In this document: piece by piece, positions 49,428 to 63,375 of the stretch | Numbering within the stretch: position 1 is the first letter of the stretch | Layout: every line of letters starts with the position of its first letter | From: Gnetum montanum | Taxonomy: Eukaryota > Plantae > Gnetophyta | Assembly: GCA_015680685.1 (NCBI GenBank) | Contig: MNCI01002585.1 | Location: 1 to 64,000 of the forward strand | Length of the DNA: 64,000 nt | Direction: 5' to 3' | Translations under genes and position numbers: made by a program | The notes under the pieces: model-generated | Seen by the model: the letters and a program-made list of their open reading frames with translations, nothing else | Database searches by the model: none | Told to the model about the DNA's origin: nothing

Positions 49428-52400
49428 CAATGAGTCATCTAGTGGTATTTTATAAGTCAATTATAAGCCTAGGACTTAGGAAGTATTTTACACCATATTT
49501 TTATGGTTCTTGTATGCATGGATGAGTTTTCTATGTTCCAAGTTTTCATCCTAGTCTTTTATTTTATACTTGTAGGTATTTCCAGCTTTGTTCAAGAACC
49601 TTAGAAACATTCCAACATATTCCTTGGTGTTTTAGCTCTCATTTGAAATTGGATGAACAAAGTGTGGATGGTAGAATTACACTAACTACCCAACATTACT
49701 GCATTCCCTACATCAATGTAGGGGCACTAACACAACTCTCTTATAGGCCTAGTTTGACTCCTTTGTTTACCTATAATCTCTAGTGTGGTTTTGAGATGCC
49801 TAGGTTGCACTAACGAACCTTTGTTAATCCTTAGATGCTAGAAAATCTTTGCCATTGTATTGTGAAAACTATAAATACCCAGGATGAGCTCTCATATAAA
49901 ACAACTAGATTCTAGCATTTTTATTTAGCTTTGGTATTTTTTTTGGTGTGAAGAGTTCTTCCTTCCTTAGGTAAGTTAATTTTCTTCCCTATTTTATATG
50001 TGTTTTGAGTTATCACTTCCACAAGTACAGTTAGACTATGTTAGAGTACTATCTTAAGGAGCTTGGAACCATTTGTCACTATGGAATTTAATGTTTTTAT
50101 GGTAAATAAAGCTTATAATTTTTTCTTATTTTACCATTTATTCTTTAAAAAATAAAATACTAAAAATCATAAAATACTAAAAACACTAAAAAATATTTAG
50201 TTAATTTTCATTTTCTTAAGTTGTAATGATTCATCATTTCCCAAGGAGATCGTAAATTTATGGCATGGTATTAGGCCATCCAAGTTGTAACTAAGAGCCA
50301 TTTATACTACATGTCAAGTGTGATGTTATGTCTGTCCCCAAGAGCAATTGCAATGCATGTATATTTATTATTAGTTTTGTTTTTGATAATTCAAAATGCT
50401 TAAAAATATAAAACATAAAAGTATAAATATTTCTCTATCTCTTATCATGGAAACTTAGGTTTTCATTTGTATTATATGTATTATAATATCTTTTATATTT
50501 CTTAAACATAAAAATATACATGAGTGTTCTTGGAAATCTGTACAACATTATCTTTGAAGATTATGATAGGATCTTACTATGGTTTGTATGATATATCTTA
50601 TTAATTCAAAATTGGTGAGGCCCCTATCATTTGAACTCTTGCTAGAGAAGATGTTGGTAAATTACTTGGAAATACTTGTACATTCTTTATTTTAACATTT
50701 ATTCAAATCAAACATAAGTTTCTTAATGTTGTGTATAGTTTGTGAGCAAGAACAAGATGGTGGATAGCACTAGGAGCCCATCAAAGGTCTTTGGAAAGAT
50801 ACCAAAAAGAAGAAGGACTTTCATCATCTTTGAGCATTCAAAGGATGTAATCCTTTCACTAGTTGTACTGGTTTATCATAAAGATAAGTAGGAAAGTTGA
50901 AGAGATATCCATGGATGGTTTTTTAAAAAACTAGTCATGACTACACTAGATGATTTTAAAGAGGTCATAATCAACATGGAGATAGAGGATGAACACATGT
51001 CATATAAAGCTCATGAATCTATGTATGATGAATATGAACCTATGTACATGTAAGATCTTTGAAATCAAATGGTAGAAGAAGAGGCCAACCAAAAATTTTC
51101 ATATAATTATTGAAATTGATAGCAAGAAGATAAAGTAGATAAGAAGGATAAAGGATCACTTTGCCATGAAGACCCATGGATAGGTGCTATTAATTGAGGT
51201 TCATCTTAACCTCAAAATGATGTTATCCTTCCCAAGTTCTAGCACTTGCATTTATTTTGATCCTTTGGCGGTGATGATGATGTCTCTTTATTTGAATAGG
51301 GTAATTATCATGAGATAATTGAAGTTGTACACATTTCATGAAATCATGTACATGATAGTAGAATCAAGAAAATCAACATGGTTGATGTGCCAACCTATAT
51401 AGAATATGATAGTGATGATCCCTTGCTTCACATGCTAGCATTTGATAATGCTTGCTATCTCCAAGATATTGTGAGTGATTAGAAAAAGTTATAGTTGTTT
51501 TCCCACACCTTCATCAAACACGAAGAGAATCGATACAAATTCTTAATTTAATATTAATTCAAAGATAGGTAGACATTGTTAGAATCTTCTATGAAAAATT
51601 TCAAACCTTTTCTTGAATTTTAAACTTCTAGAAGGAGATGACTAGATGGAAGTAAGAAGCTTGTGAACCTCTCAACATCACCATGGAGAGGTACATGAAG
51701 TTTGCTCATCACTATTTGAACCATGGTTTTGGCTAAATAGAGTAGTTGAGGTATATTGTAGAAGAGCAAGGTAGAACACAAAAGAACATGTGGATATGCA
51801 CATGATAATCCAAGTACATAAGATATTTGTGGTCCAAATCAAAGTGCTATTGGACACTAGAGGAAGTATGAAGGGTGAGTGGTGAAAGCAATAGTACATG
51901 GAGTAGTACAATTGTAACCTAGAATGTAGAAAGGAGTCTAAATGTACTGAAGGTATAGCTAAACATTCCACTATGATCAAGGGCCTAATACAAGGTCAAT
52001 TTAAAACAAATAAGGCCTTAATGGACTTAGCTCATAAAGTAGACTGAGTTTGGAATGAAATGGATGAAAAGACAACCACTACTTTCAATGGCATTAAGGG
52101 TAAGGTGGTTGAAGTTACAACCAAAGTATTACATCATATGAATATTGAAAGAGATATGAAGAAAAGGGTAAAGGCAAGCTCTCTCATTCTAAGAGCATTC
52201 ATGAAGATCTAAATAAGGCTTCCTCATCCTATAGTGATGTAGATTCCTTGCAAATACTATGTAAACTTTCATGATTCATTGTGCTGCTTAGTCATGGCTT
52301 ATATGATTGGTCACATGATTTCTAGATTTGTTAAGAGGAAAATGAGAAGGACTCCATACATAGGCCATTTGTACTATCCTAGAGGAGAATATCAATAGCT

Positions 52401-54424
52401 CATTTATTTGTACTAATAGTGGAAAGCTTTAAATCCTTGGGATGCTACTCCATGGAATCTTTTAATTCTCATGGAATAACAAATGGTGCTTCTTGATAAC
52501 TTCTATTTTCATGGTCCATAGATAGGTATGCATTAATTATCATTGATGATATCTTAATAGTGCCTTCCTACTTTAAGCAGTCCTATTGGTCAAGCTTCCT
52601 AGTATCAATAACAATAACAACATTGACTTCCTAGTCCCATGTAAGATGGGATACCTAGTTACTTGTAGCCAAGGTAAACTAAATTTTGTAATATTTCCTA
52701 TTGTATGGATCCTACTTCCATGTATGCATCTAGGAAATATTATTAATCTCTTATTAGTTTGGTTACAAGGGGAATCTTAAGGTTCTATGGTAAAAAATTC
52801 TATCACAAGCATAAATGTGAGAACTATGGGATTAGGTTTGCATCACACTCTCCATCCTATGGAAAGAAAAATCATTTATGCTAGATGGAAGTCCACATTT
52901 AGGAGGTCTTAGTGAAATTCCTTGACCATAATAAGAAGTTCTTGATGATGTTTATTAAAGGTAATAAGATGGTACTTCATGATGATATTATCATCATCTC
53001 TATGTTTATAGTGACTACATAAGTTACTAGAGAAGGGTATTTGATTAAAAAAGGATCATATATTGATAGTCCCATGGTGGAAATTGAAATAAGAAAAAAA
53101 GAATTATTTCTTAGCTCTTTGTACTGCCATTTCTAGAGTCAATATCATATCATTATAGTAGTACCCTAATTGGGAGGTTCTTCCTCTCAAGCATACCAAC
53201 ATTTAATTGGAGTTGGTGGACCAATCCTATGCATACCCTATGGAACAAGTAAGAGATATGATAAATTATATTGTAGGCTGGTCATTTCTTACAAATTTTC
53301 TAGTGATCAAATCAAAAAAAAATTATGGAATTTAAGTTCCTAGTTATCATGAGGAGGGCCTAGATGAGTATTGCTAATGCTAGGTTGATCTTCTAGGACC
53401 TTCACCTGAAAATTGGTAGATGAGATGAGACTAGAAGAATGAAATACAAGAAAATAACCTGTAACCCTTCTTGGTCCTATAGCACTATGCACATGTGCCA
53501 TTCAAGTGAGCCAAATAAAACATTCAATGGACAATCGTATATCATAATGAATATCTTTCATGTCTAAGCATGCAAAATGCTTAATTTAATACTCAAAGGT
53601 CTATCATGTGATAAACATGGATTAGTTATGAGAAAATAAATTTTGATGTCATATAAAAAGTTTATTTTCCTTCTATTTTCATTGATGTATTTAATAAAGT
53701 TAGTATGTTTAGTTAGGATTTTATACTTTTTGAGCTTAATGGATAATCATTTATGATATTTTTTCTCTTAGAGTATTTTTATTTGTGTATAGGGGAAAAC
53801 TAATTAATGTGCTTTATGAATGCTCACATAATATGTTAAAAGTGGATGGATGAGTTATATATGCAATGAAGATGCGAGAGTGCTAACTGAGTCCAAAGTG
53901 GAGCCTTGATTGATGGTATGTATGCATAAAAAATTTATCCATCAAATTTTCTTCTATTTATCTTTGGTAAACTAAGCTTAGATTTAGAGGGAAGAAAGGA
54001 ATTACATTAGAAGTTGTTGAACCTAATAATATTGGAACCATGGGTAGGTGTTGGGTTCACACATTAGGGTATGAGCTTTAGAATCCGAGAATAGTTCTTG
54101 GTCATTGATAAAGGATGTATCATCAAGGATCCTTGTGACCACTAGATTTGTCAAATTAGTGTGATTAAACCAAGGTGCACATGTTGTCTTTGTTGGATAT
54201 CTTGGTCAAAAGAGGTTCATGATCTTATGAACCCATGTGTGCCATGTGATGGAGGATAAATTCTCATGTTCATGTAAGTTAAAGACTTGAAGTGATTATT
54301 TGACACTACAATCATTTCCATAACTTTCATGCTTTATCAAAAATCCTCTTCCTATTAAAGAAAAAGAAAATATAAGAATGCTTATGAATGAAAATAAAAG
54401 AAATAATGAAAAAAATTATATATA
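49428..54424 (+). mobile_element. Family A copy: LTR (49428-50629), gag, protease, then 3' UTR; RT/RH/INT deleted
   Basis: The LTR is homologous to the other two copies. 50700-52150 resembles 18900-20350, 51870-53460 resembles 26150-27760, and 53700-54420 resembles 30500-31200. Confidence 0.75.
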
Positions 54425-57400
54425 TGTTAGGACATGAATTGATGCTCTTTATGCTTTGTTCCCTTAGTTTTAAAGCTTGGATGGGTAGTTGGGGGCTTAT
54501 GTGACCCATAGCCACTTGCATCTCAAAGTCTCAACTCATAATATGAATTCTAATCAATTTGCAACTCATCATGGGAACAGTGCTCATATTATGATTAGTG
54601 GGTGTTGAATTCTAGCATCAAAGGATTGAAGAGCAAGTGGAGTTAGCATTAAGTGGAGATGGTGGTAGAAGTGAAGCTATATCTATGTTGGACAAGGTAC
54701 TGTTAGCTCATGTGACATGCATAAGCCTACAACTCAAAGTTCCTTCATCATGGCACTCACAACCACTCATAATTTAATTGGAAATAGAAAAGCAAATCCA
54801 TCAGTATGAGCTTCTATGGTTTGCATCCATGTCATAGTCATTATGAATATTTTCTACTTAGTTTAGTGATTCAACCATTTGGATTTCAATACTTGACCAT
54901 TGGGAATGGTTAAGTAAGACTACTAATCATAGTAGCTTACAACAATTAACTAGCTTGGAGATTCTTCTTTGGAGAGGAAGTTGCGACTTACACTTAGCTA
55001 TAGTTATTAACCAGAAGTTATTTTAACCATTAACCAAAGCCATTTTTGTAGTTTGAAGTAGAACTACAAAAGGAATTTTGGAGATATATAGAAAAGATAG
55101 ACATATAGAGATATACATAAATACATAGAGAATAGATGATAGATATTCATAGAATTTGTACATCTACGATTGAAGTTATTCATGATTGTTATAATGAGAA
55201 TTATTTCTTGAGATTAATGATTGAATGATAATGTATGTGTTCTTGTTAGAGTGAATTAATGTTAAGTGTTCTTCACCATAATTTTGGCATCTTACAATCA
55301 TGTAACTCATGGTCCTCCATTTGATTGACTTATGCATTCTACAGAGCAAGCACCATGAGACAAGAACTATAATATTTTTCCATCGTTGCGATAACTGTGG
55401 GTTATGATGATATTTTCTAGATTTAAAATTTGTTTGATTTTTTGTTTCTATTGATATTGTAATCATTTTTATGGGTTTTAATTGGTCTATCAATTTTTAT
55501 TTATTACAATTATTACAATTTCAAGTGACATTGATTGATGTACAAATGTTTCTTATTAATTTGGAGATACTTATGATTGATGAAGCACTTGTTTATACTT
55601 AAGGATTTTTATAGTAGACTTGGATTTTTTTTAATTATTTTATTTTTTATTTTTTTACTTGTTGTTATTTATAGGTTTATGGTTTGGATTAGTGAGAAAG
55701 GCCAAAGATTGATACGTGATATTGTTCCTTCTTCATACGTGCTAAAGAAAAGAAATGAGAAGATTTCAATATCATCAGAAGAATCATCTTCATCATAGAA
55801 CTCCAAAGGTCAAGAGGGCCAAAGTTTATTCTAGTATGAGGGACTACTAATCTCTCAAGTAGATCCACAAACTCTTGCAAGTATAGGCACTAGGATTCCA
55901 ACAATAGATAGACTTAATATTCCAATTACTATTACTACAAGTGGGAATTAGTCTTTAGTTATATTTCCTAATGATACTCAACCTAATTAAGTATCTATGA
56001 ATGTTGGTATGCCTACTAAATTTGGATTTGATACATCAATTTTCAATTCTAGAGGTCAATTAAGTTTTGCTACATCAACACAATCAACCTTTCCCTTAGC
56101 CACACAAATGACTAGTCCATCTTCTTGTCCGCAATTTGTTCCTTCATAAGTTCATGCTATGTATTATGCTAATACTTCTAATAATCCTTTTGATATTTTT
56201 CATCAACAATAATTACATCAACAACATTCACAAGCCAATCATTAGACATTGTTCAATGCTTTGACAGAAATTGCCCAACATACATGGTCATCGTTGTCCA
56301 AGCAACCGATTTCTCACACTTTTCCTATTTTAATCCAAGTACTTAACACATAAAATATTTCTTCAATAGTTTCTTAATCATGAAAACCTACCATACATAT
56401 TAACTATCCTAATATGGCTTAGATTCATCAACCAGTAGCATAACCTATTATTCCTTACTTTACAACCTGTTTCTATGTTAGGTCATAGAACTATTCAACC
56501 ACTAATGCCATATCAAACTACATTTATGCAAGTACCCAACCAACACTATCCTAATACCCAATCATTAACACATAGTTCTCAAAATGTGCAATCAATATTC
56601 AATGTGAAAAATCTCCAAATATAATCTATGCTTCAACCACAAATTTCACATCAATGATTGTACCAAATACCACACTCATTACATCATCATTTAGTACCCC
56701 TAAGCAATCAATTTAATCAAGTTTTAGAATTTTAGAATCAATTTTCTTATTAGGGAATGACTAATCAACTTTCATTAAAATATTTAATAAGGAGAAAATC
56801 AACAGCTTCTCTCTCCTCCCTTTTGTTGCCTGTTGGCTAAGATGTCAAGATTAAAAACTTATTGACATTTCCTCAATTCTACGGTGTAGATGATGAAGAT
56901 CCATATCATCATATTCAATAATTTGAAACATTGATAGTCACATGTGGTAATAATGTTAGAGAACATACTAAGATGAGTGTTTTTCCTATTACATTTAGGG
57001 ATCGTGTGTTATTATGGTATAGGTTGTTAAAATAATATTCCATCCAGTCTTGGGAAGGTTTTAAAGATGAGTGTTCAAATCAATTTTTATCTTCTATGAA
57101 AATCCACCAATATAAGAAACAACTTTTAGGCTTCCAACAAAAAGAAAATAAAACTTATGAATAGGCCTCGAAGCATTTTAAAGACATCAAGGTAAGGAAC
57201 CTAGATGATGTTTTCTGGAATGTCAGTTGCTAGGATTTTTTCTTGATGGTTTAACACCTATTACATAGCAGAGTATTGATTTTTCTTACCATGGTATGAT
57301 TTTGAGAATGACATTGGAAGCCACATTCGATGCATTAGATCAAATAGTGGATCAAAGAAAAAGTTGGCCTATCAATAAAAAACTAATATGCTAGAACACA

Positions 57401-58022
57401 TCATGAAGACAATCTTGGCAAAAAAAAAATTAAAGAGGTTAATAATAAATTATCATCTTTATCTATGTCATCTACTACTATTTAAGGTTAATCATTTTAG
57501 TATCTACAACAAGCATTGTTAGTTTGTACAATTGAGGGAATTTACAACACTAACCAATCGTAGGCTAGAGATATGGATTTTTGTTATGCTTGCGTAATTT
57601 GTGAAGAGATTAATCACATTGCTCATGATTGTCCCATTTTACCTTTTATTAAAGAACAAGAAAATGTTATAGGTAGTTAAGGTGGACAAGGGAGGAGTGC
57701 AACTTTACAAGGTAGGAGATCAAATTCCAATCAAACTTAAAATTTTCCACCACATTCTCCATTTTTTCCCAATTATCCAAATTATAATAACAATTTCAAC
57801 CATTCTTGGAGACCTAATCAAAATCATGAGTTTCAAGAGAAACTTTTAAAGTAAAACAAAAACTTGAAACATACTTTATAGCAACAAAATGATCATATAA
57901 TTAAGCCTTTTCAAGCCTTACAGCCTAAGGACACATTACTAGCATAAATAGAGTGAAATCCTAAGTATCAAAGAAAATAAGAACTACATGTGATTTCTTC
58001 ATCCAATAGTGATCAATGAAAT
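54425..58022 (+). mobile_element. Another degenerate gypsy: putative LTR (~54425-55530) and gag
   Basis: FPQFYGVDDEDPYHHIQ*FE...KMSVFPITFRDRVLLWY (~56865-57025) and CVICEEINHIAHDCP knuckle (~57590-57635). LTR limits are uncertain. Confidence 0.7.
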
Positions 58023-59067
58023 TGATGAGTCATGGTCTATCACGTCCTGTTATTGGACCCCTATTTTATGATGAGTCCCGTTATCGGACCCCCGATATTG
58101 GACCCTCGATATTGGATACTCGATATCGCGACCTGACACAATATCGCATATGTGATATCATGGCCTGTCTCCTTGCCTATAAATAAGAGGTAGTGCCCTT
58201 GGTTTCCAAATCAGTTCTTAGTCCCTTACCCAAACTCTTGTAGTTTTTTTTCTTAGAGTTAGAATTATTTCTCAGTGCATGTTTACAGTGTGATGATTTT
58301 AATTGTACGACATCCTTTATTCAAGTATGATGTACTTGGACATGCACATGACCGGAAATAAAAATCGAGATTACTTCATCATTGCAAAATTCACTTAGTT
58401 TAATTATTTAATTATTATTGTTATTTATTTCTTTCGTAGTTAACATCTCTTTACCCTAAACTCCTATTAAACGTGGAATGAGTACGACTTAATCATAAGC
58501 ATTTAAGTGTGACTACATGGTAACCTAGTAGTGTACCTAGGATTTGCGCTTGGTAATCCCAGTAGTAGTTGTGCATGAGGTCCAAGATGTGTACAGATGA
58601 TTAAGGAATGGATGCTCATTGCACTTAGGCTAGTTTAGATTCTCTCCCCCTATTTCCTCTTAGCTTAACTCTCTCACCCTTTTCCTCTTAGCTTAATTAA
58701 AGATATTTTCCATTGCCTGTAGGAGTTGCACTAGGTTTAGAAACCACATCATACACCTCAATTTAGACTAAACCATACGTGACAAAGAAAATACTAGTCC
58801 AGGTGGGAAGACAGTGAACTACGATCAACGAGTGACTATCTGGATACCACAACTAGCTCGTCTGTGAAGTTCGACCGGATCATGTGTGAAACATTCGTAT
58901 TCGTATGGTTGAGTGTAGGGGTACCTTTCCACTCATCATTGGTGTCGTTGCTAGGGATGGTGCTAGTTATTTAGATTAGTTACATCATACAAGATCACTA
59001 TAACAAGTATTAACAATATATCTTTCAAAAAGAATAGTTGCAATAAATCACACACAATTTTACAACC

Positions 59068-60380
59068 ATGTCTCTTTCACAAGATAGTGATAATGCAACA
59101 TCTAGTGAGGTAATTTATTGCAGAACCAATAAAGAAGTTTGGAGTACTCAATTTTATGCAAGAGTTTTATATGTTCATAGACACCCCAATGATACTCAAG
59201 GACTCTCGTCATCCAACTCTGACACCTCTAGTGAGGATGGGACATCCCATAGAATGAGGGGGCCCATAAGGCCTAGGACCTTCTCAATAATTAACAAAAA
59301 TTTATCCAAGGATGATTTGGAGACTTACAAAAGTCATGATGAGTCTTCTAGCTCTTCTCTTCCTCTACTCCTTCAACATTAGGTTGTGACATGGATGATC
59401 ATCTCTCTAGGGGTCAGCGTAGAAATAGAAATCGAACCCATGGGCAAAATCAAGAACGCCAACATGAACAAAGACAACATCATCCCAACTCACAAACTCA
59501 TAACCTACTTAGTGATGATGAACACATTCTGGCCACTAAGAGCCTAATGCATATACAAGAGGCTATTCGAATAGCCCGTAGGCATCGTAAGGAAAGCCGT
59601 CTACCCATGCTTGATTTAAACAACTTTCCAAAATTTTCAGGAGGCTACGATTTAGATTTGCAACAAAATCTACAAGCCTTCCATGATGCTTGTGTATGGA
59701 AAAATATCGATAATGGATGGAAAAAACTTAAACTCTTTTCTATGACACTTGTTGGCCAAGAAAAATTATGGTATAGGTCCCTAAAACCCAAATCAATTTG
59801 ATGTTGGGCAACAATGGTAGAGCTCTTCAACGAAAGATATCAAACTTATGCAAGAGTGTCAGCCTCGAGGAAAAAAATCCAAGAGTGGAAACAAGCACAA
59901 CATGAACCCTTGGACATGGCCTTAGAAAGATATTATGCATTGTTAAACAACTGCCCAGGCCATGAGTTCTCCGAGGAAAGGCTAATGTTCCATATCATAG
60001 ATGGGCTCAGTAATGAAACAAGGAAGACCCTAGTGATGTATGCCCAAGGTCAACTATATGAGCTACAAATCCATTAACTCCAAGAGCTTATTAAGTGGGT
60101 AGTAAAAGAAGAAGGAGAAATGGCTAGATGGGAGAATGTTGAAAAATCTCAACAAGACAAAAAGCTTACATCAACAAAGGTCCATAATCTGAAAGAGGAG
60201 AAATCAACTCACCTTAAGGAGGTGGAACAATCTTTGCCAATACTACAATCATTGGATGAAATTGAGGCAAATATCAATAAGATGATGGAATGGATGCATA
60301 AAAAATGTAGAGAATATGACAACATTATTAGAGGTAGAGTTATGATGAACCAAGAAATAAGACAAAACATCTTTAGATAA
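59068..60380 (+). pseudogene. Retrotransposon gag with in-frame stops
   Basis: Four consecutive ORFs in one frame: FPKFSG...AFHDAC...LKLFSMTLVGQEKLWYRSL...WKQAQHEPL...CPGHEF...IDGLS. Confidence 0.88.
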
Positions 60381-61889
60381 TTAGAAAGAAGGGTTGAAGA
60401 GAATAAGAACTCAACTGTTAATCATATGTATCAATGCAACATTTGCTTGTACGATCACCCCAAGGGTCAATGCCCAATCTTGTCACATTTACATGAGCAT
60501 TGGGGAAGAATGTTACATTTAGAGTTTGTATAGAAAAACTGTGTTTGATCATAGTGGTAGAAATTCCAATTGTGGGGGAGGACACCATCAAACTAGTCAT
60601 ACAATTCATACCATTCGAACCCAAGTGCTTATCAAGTCCAACATCCTGTTTCCCCAGCTGGGTCAACATATTCTATCTCATCACATTATTATCATTCTCC
60701 TAGATACTATCAACCCATATCCTTTCCAATAGGACCACCACCTTGGGTACCTTACACTTCTCCTCAATTCCAACATTCTTATCCTTTACCTCCTTCTACA
60801 TTGCCACCAGTTGTTCCTGAGGGATTTGCATCACAACATTAACCCATGAATGTTACTTGTGCTTCTATTGTCAACAGTAGTGGGAATCCTCCACAACATC
60901 ATAAGCATCCCTTCTTTATATGTGACCGTAGAAAGGGACACCACAGTTTAGAAACCACTGCATCCGCCAACTCAGCACAAGTCCAACACTATGGTGTATC
61001 TTCCTCTTCAAACCCAATGCCTCATGTTACCTTATCAGGGCCACCACTTAATATTCCAACAACCATGCAGTCCAATGAATATAGGCACATGGGGAGACAT
61101 GTTGATCCTTGCATACCATATTATGGTTGCAAGGACCATAGTGGGTCAACTCCTTATAAATTAACCACATCTTATAACTTGCCCCACTATGTCAACTCTA
61201 ATCAAGTGTGTGAACCCCAATGGGGTGAGTATGATCGAGTCCCAATATTTCCAACATGCAAGGATCCCAACCTTCCATTTATTAATTCTAGCCATGCTCA
61301 ACCATTTAGTTATGGGGGATAACCCCCATTCTAACAACAAGTAGAATTAATAAATGTTTTTAATTTAATTTAATTTTACAATTTTTCATCTTTCAATTTA
61401 TTATTTTACCTTTTTGTTATTTCATCTTTTTATGAGTAACCTCGTCTATGAATAAAACACTCATGCGACTCATTGGTTGAGGTGTTGTTCTATGTTATCA
61501 AGTCTCAGGTGACTAATTATTTGGACAAAGAGCCCACAACATCCACCCATACATTCTATGAATAAGAGGTTTTGCCCTGGGTACAATGATATTCCTAATC
61601 ATTAAAACTTAAAGTAATTTTGTGTTATTGTGCCTAGAGTGAAAAATAATGGACTAAGAGGGAATGGCGAGGGTGTGACATCAAGGGGACTTGTGGATTC
61701 TCTTTGGTGACATTCGTGGAAGTTATCATGCAGCTTGGTTGGACTAAGATCCTTGTAGATCTAACAAAAAATGTGAGTGAGAGTAATCAAAAGGCACTCA
61801 ACTAGAAAACCCAATGCTGTTCTAGGGGGTCCCACTGGAAATACATGCACCCATGCCTGAAGGTTGGTGGCTTCTTTGGATTAAGTATT

Positions 61890-61892
<3 letters not shown>

Positions 61893-61960
<68 letters not shown>

Positions 61961-61962
61961 CG
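61893..61962. repeat. Compound microsatellite (AG)19(TG)11(CG)5
   Basis: Read directly from the sequence. Confidence 0.95.
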
Positions 61963-63375
61963 CCAAAGTGGCCACAAAAAAAGAACATAAAAAAAGAAGA
62001 AAAGAAAGAGTGCCACAAAGCAAAATCACTCCTCCCTTGTATGAAACGCCAAGTGATCGTACGCCTTTCCATCATGGTGCTCTTATTGTTGTCTATCATT
62101 GGGAAAAAAATAATGCAATGTCACTGATCAGAGTAGTAACTTGGTCATGATTTTTGAACAAGAAGTTAACAACACATTAATCATGCCCTACACTCAAGAT
62201 TCATTGTGCCCTAGGTTAATTACCTCATGTTCCAATCTTTGCAGTCCCTTCTACAATTCACCTCATCTGGTTGTTCATGAATTTGTGACTTGTGTCTTAT
62301 GTAGCATTGAATTCATACCTCATCATGGTGGTATCTACATGTGTGTGTTTTGTGGAATGGGTGTGGATTACATTTAACCCTTCTAGTACCTATGAACATT
62401 TTAAGGTGTGGTTACACAAGGGCATTGAACCTGCTTTGGGAAGGACCCACTTGCATGAATTTTGTAATTTGTACTTGTTGCACACCACCACATCATCTTA
62501 TACCCCCCGAGTACTTCACTGCCAAATCTATTCTTTCCTTTTTCATCATTTTATCAAATGTTCCTCAAAACCAGGTCCTTTTATATGTCACCTAAACAAA
62601 CTAGGTTTGACATTAAACTTTTAGGGCAACTTCCTTGAAAGAAATTCCTAACTCTAAAGTCACACTGAGCAAAGAATTTAACATTTATTAAAGGCAATGA
62701 GTAAGGTATGAAATCATTGAAATTTTTTCAATAACCTTACTAACAATTGATCTTTGTGTGATTATAGATGGCCCCTAAACGAAAACAACAAGGAGGACCT
62801 TCTCAAGGTGCAACTGAATGACCAGGGGGAGGCAGAGGCTAAGGACCTCATGCAGAACATGCAGAGTAGGAGGCACAACCATTTAGCATCCATCATAGAA
62901 CTCCTGTTACTACATAATCTTTCCAAGTAAAAGGAGGAGAGGTTAGGGCCCAAGCCAAGAGGAATGACAGCTATTTGTGGCATGGCATGTCAAGGCTAAT
63001 CAAGTGTTCTTGCAGCTGCCGTGTCCATGGAAAGTGCCGACTCCATCAAACATGGAAACATTAGCATGGACAACTCATAATCCATGGATAGAAGAGAAGA
63101 AATGTTAGGCATTTCTTCAATTGTATCAATCTTAGAAGCTTGGAGAGTAGAATAAAGGAAAGGCACCCATGGAGGAGCCACCACTATCGGGAACCCCATG
63201 AGTTCCACAAGTTTTGTCTTTTGTGTCTGTGTCCAAATTTTGGTTAATTCTCCACTATGACATGAATAAATTCCTAGTTAGTCAATAATCCCATACCTAT
63301 CCACTGTGTAATCAATTGAACTTGTTCCTCACTTTCTTTGACTCGAGGACGAGTTGTTATTCAGTTGTGGGGGTA

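Noticed and set aside
61822-62150. ORFs with ERER/VCVC/HTHT runs
   Set aside because: These are translations of the microsatellite.
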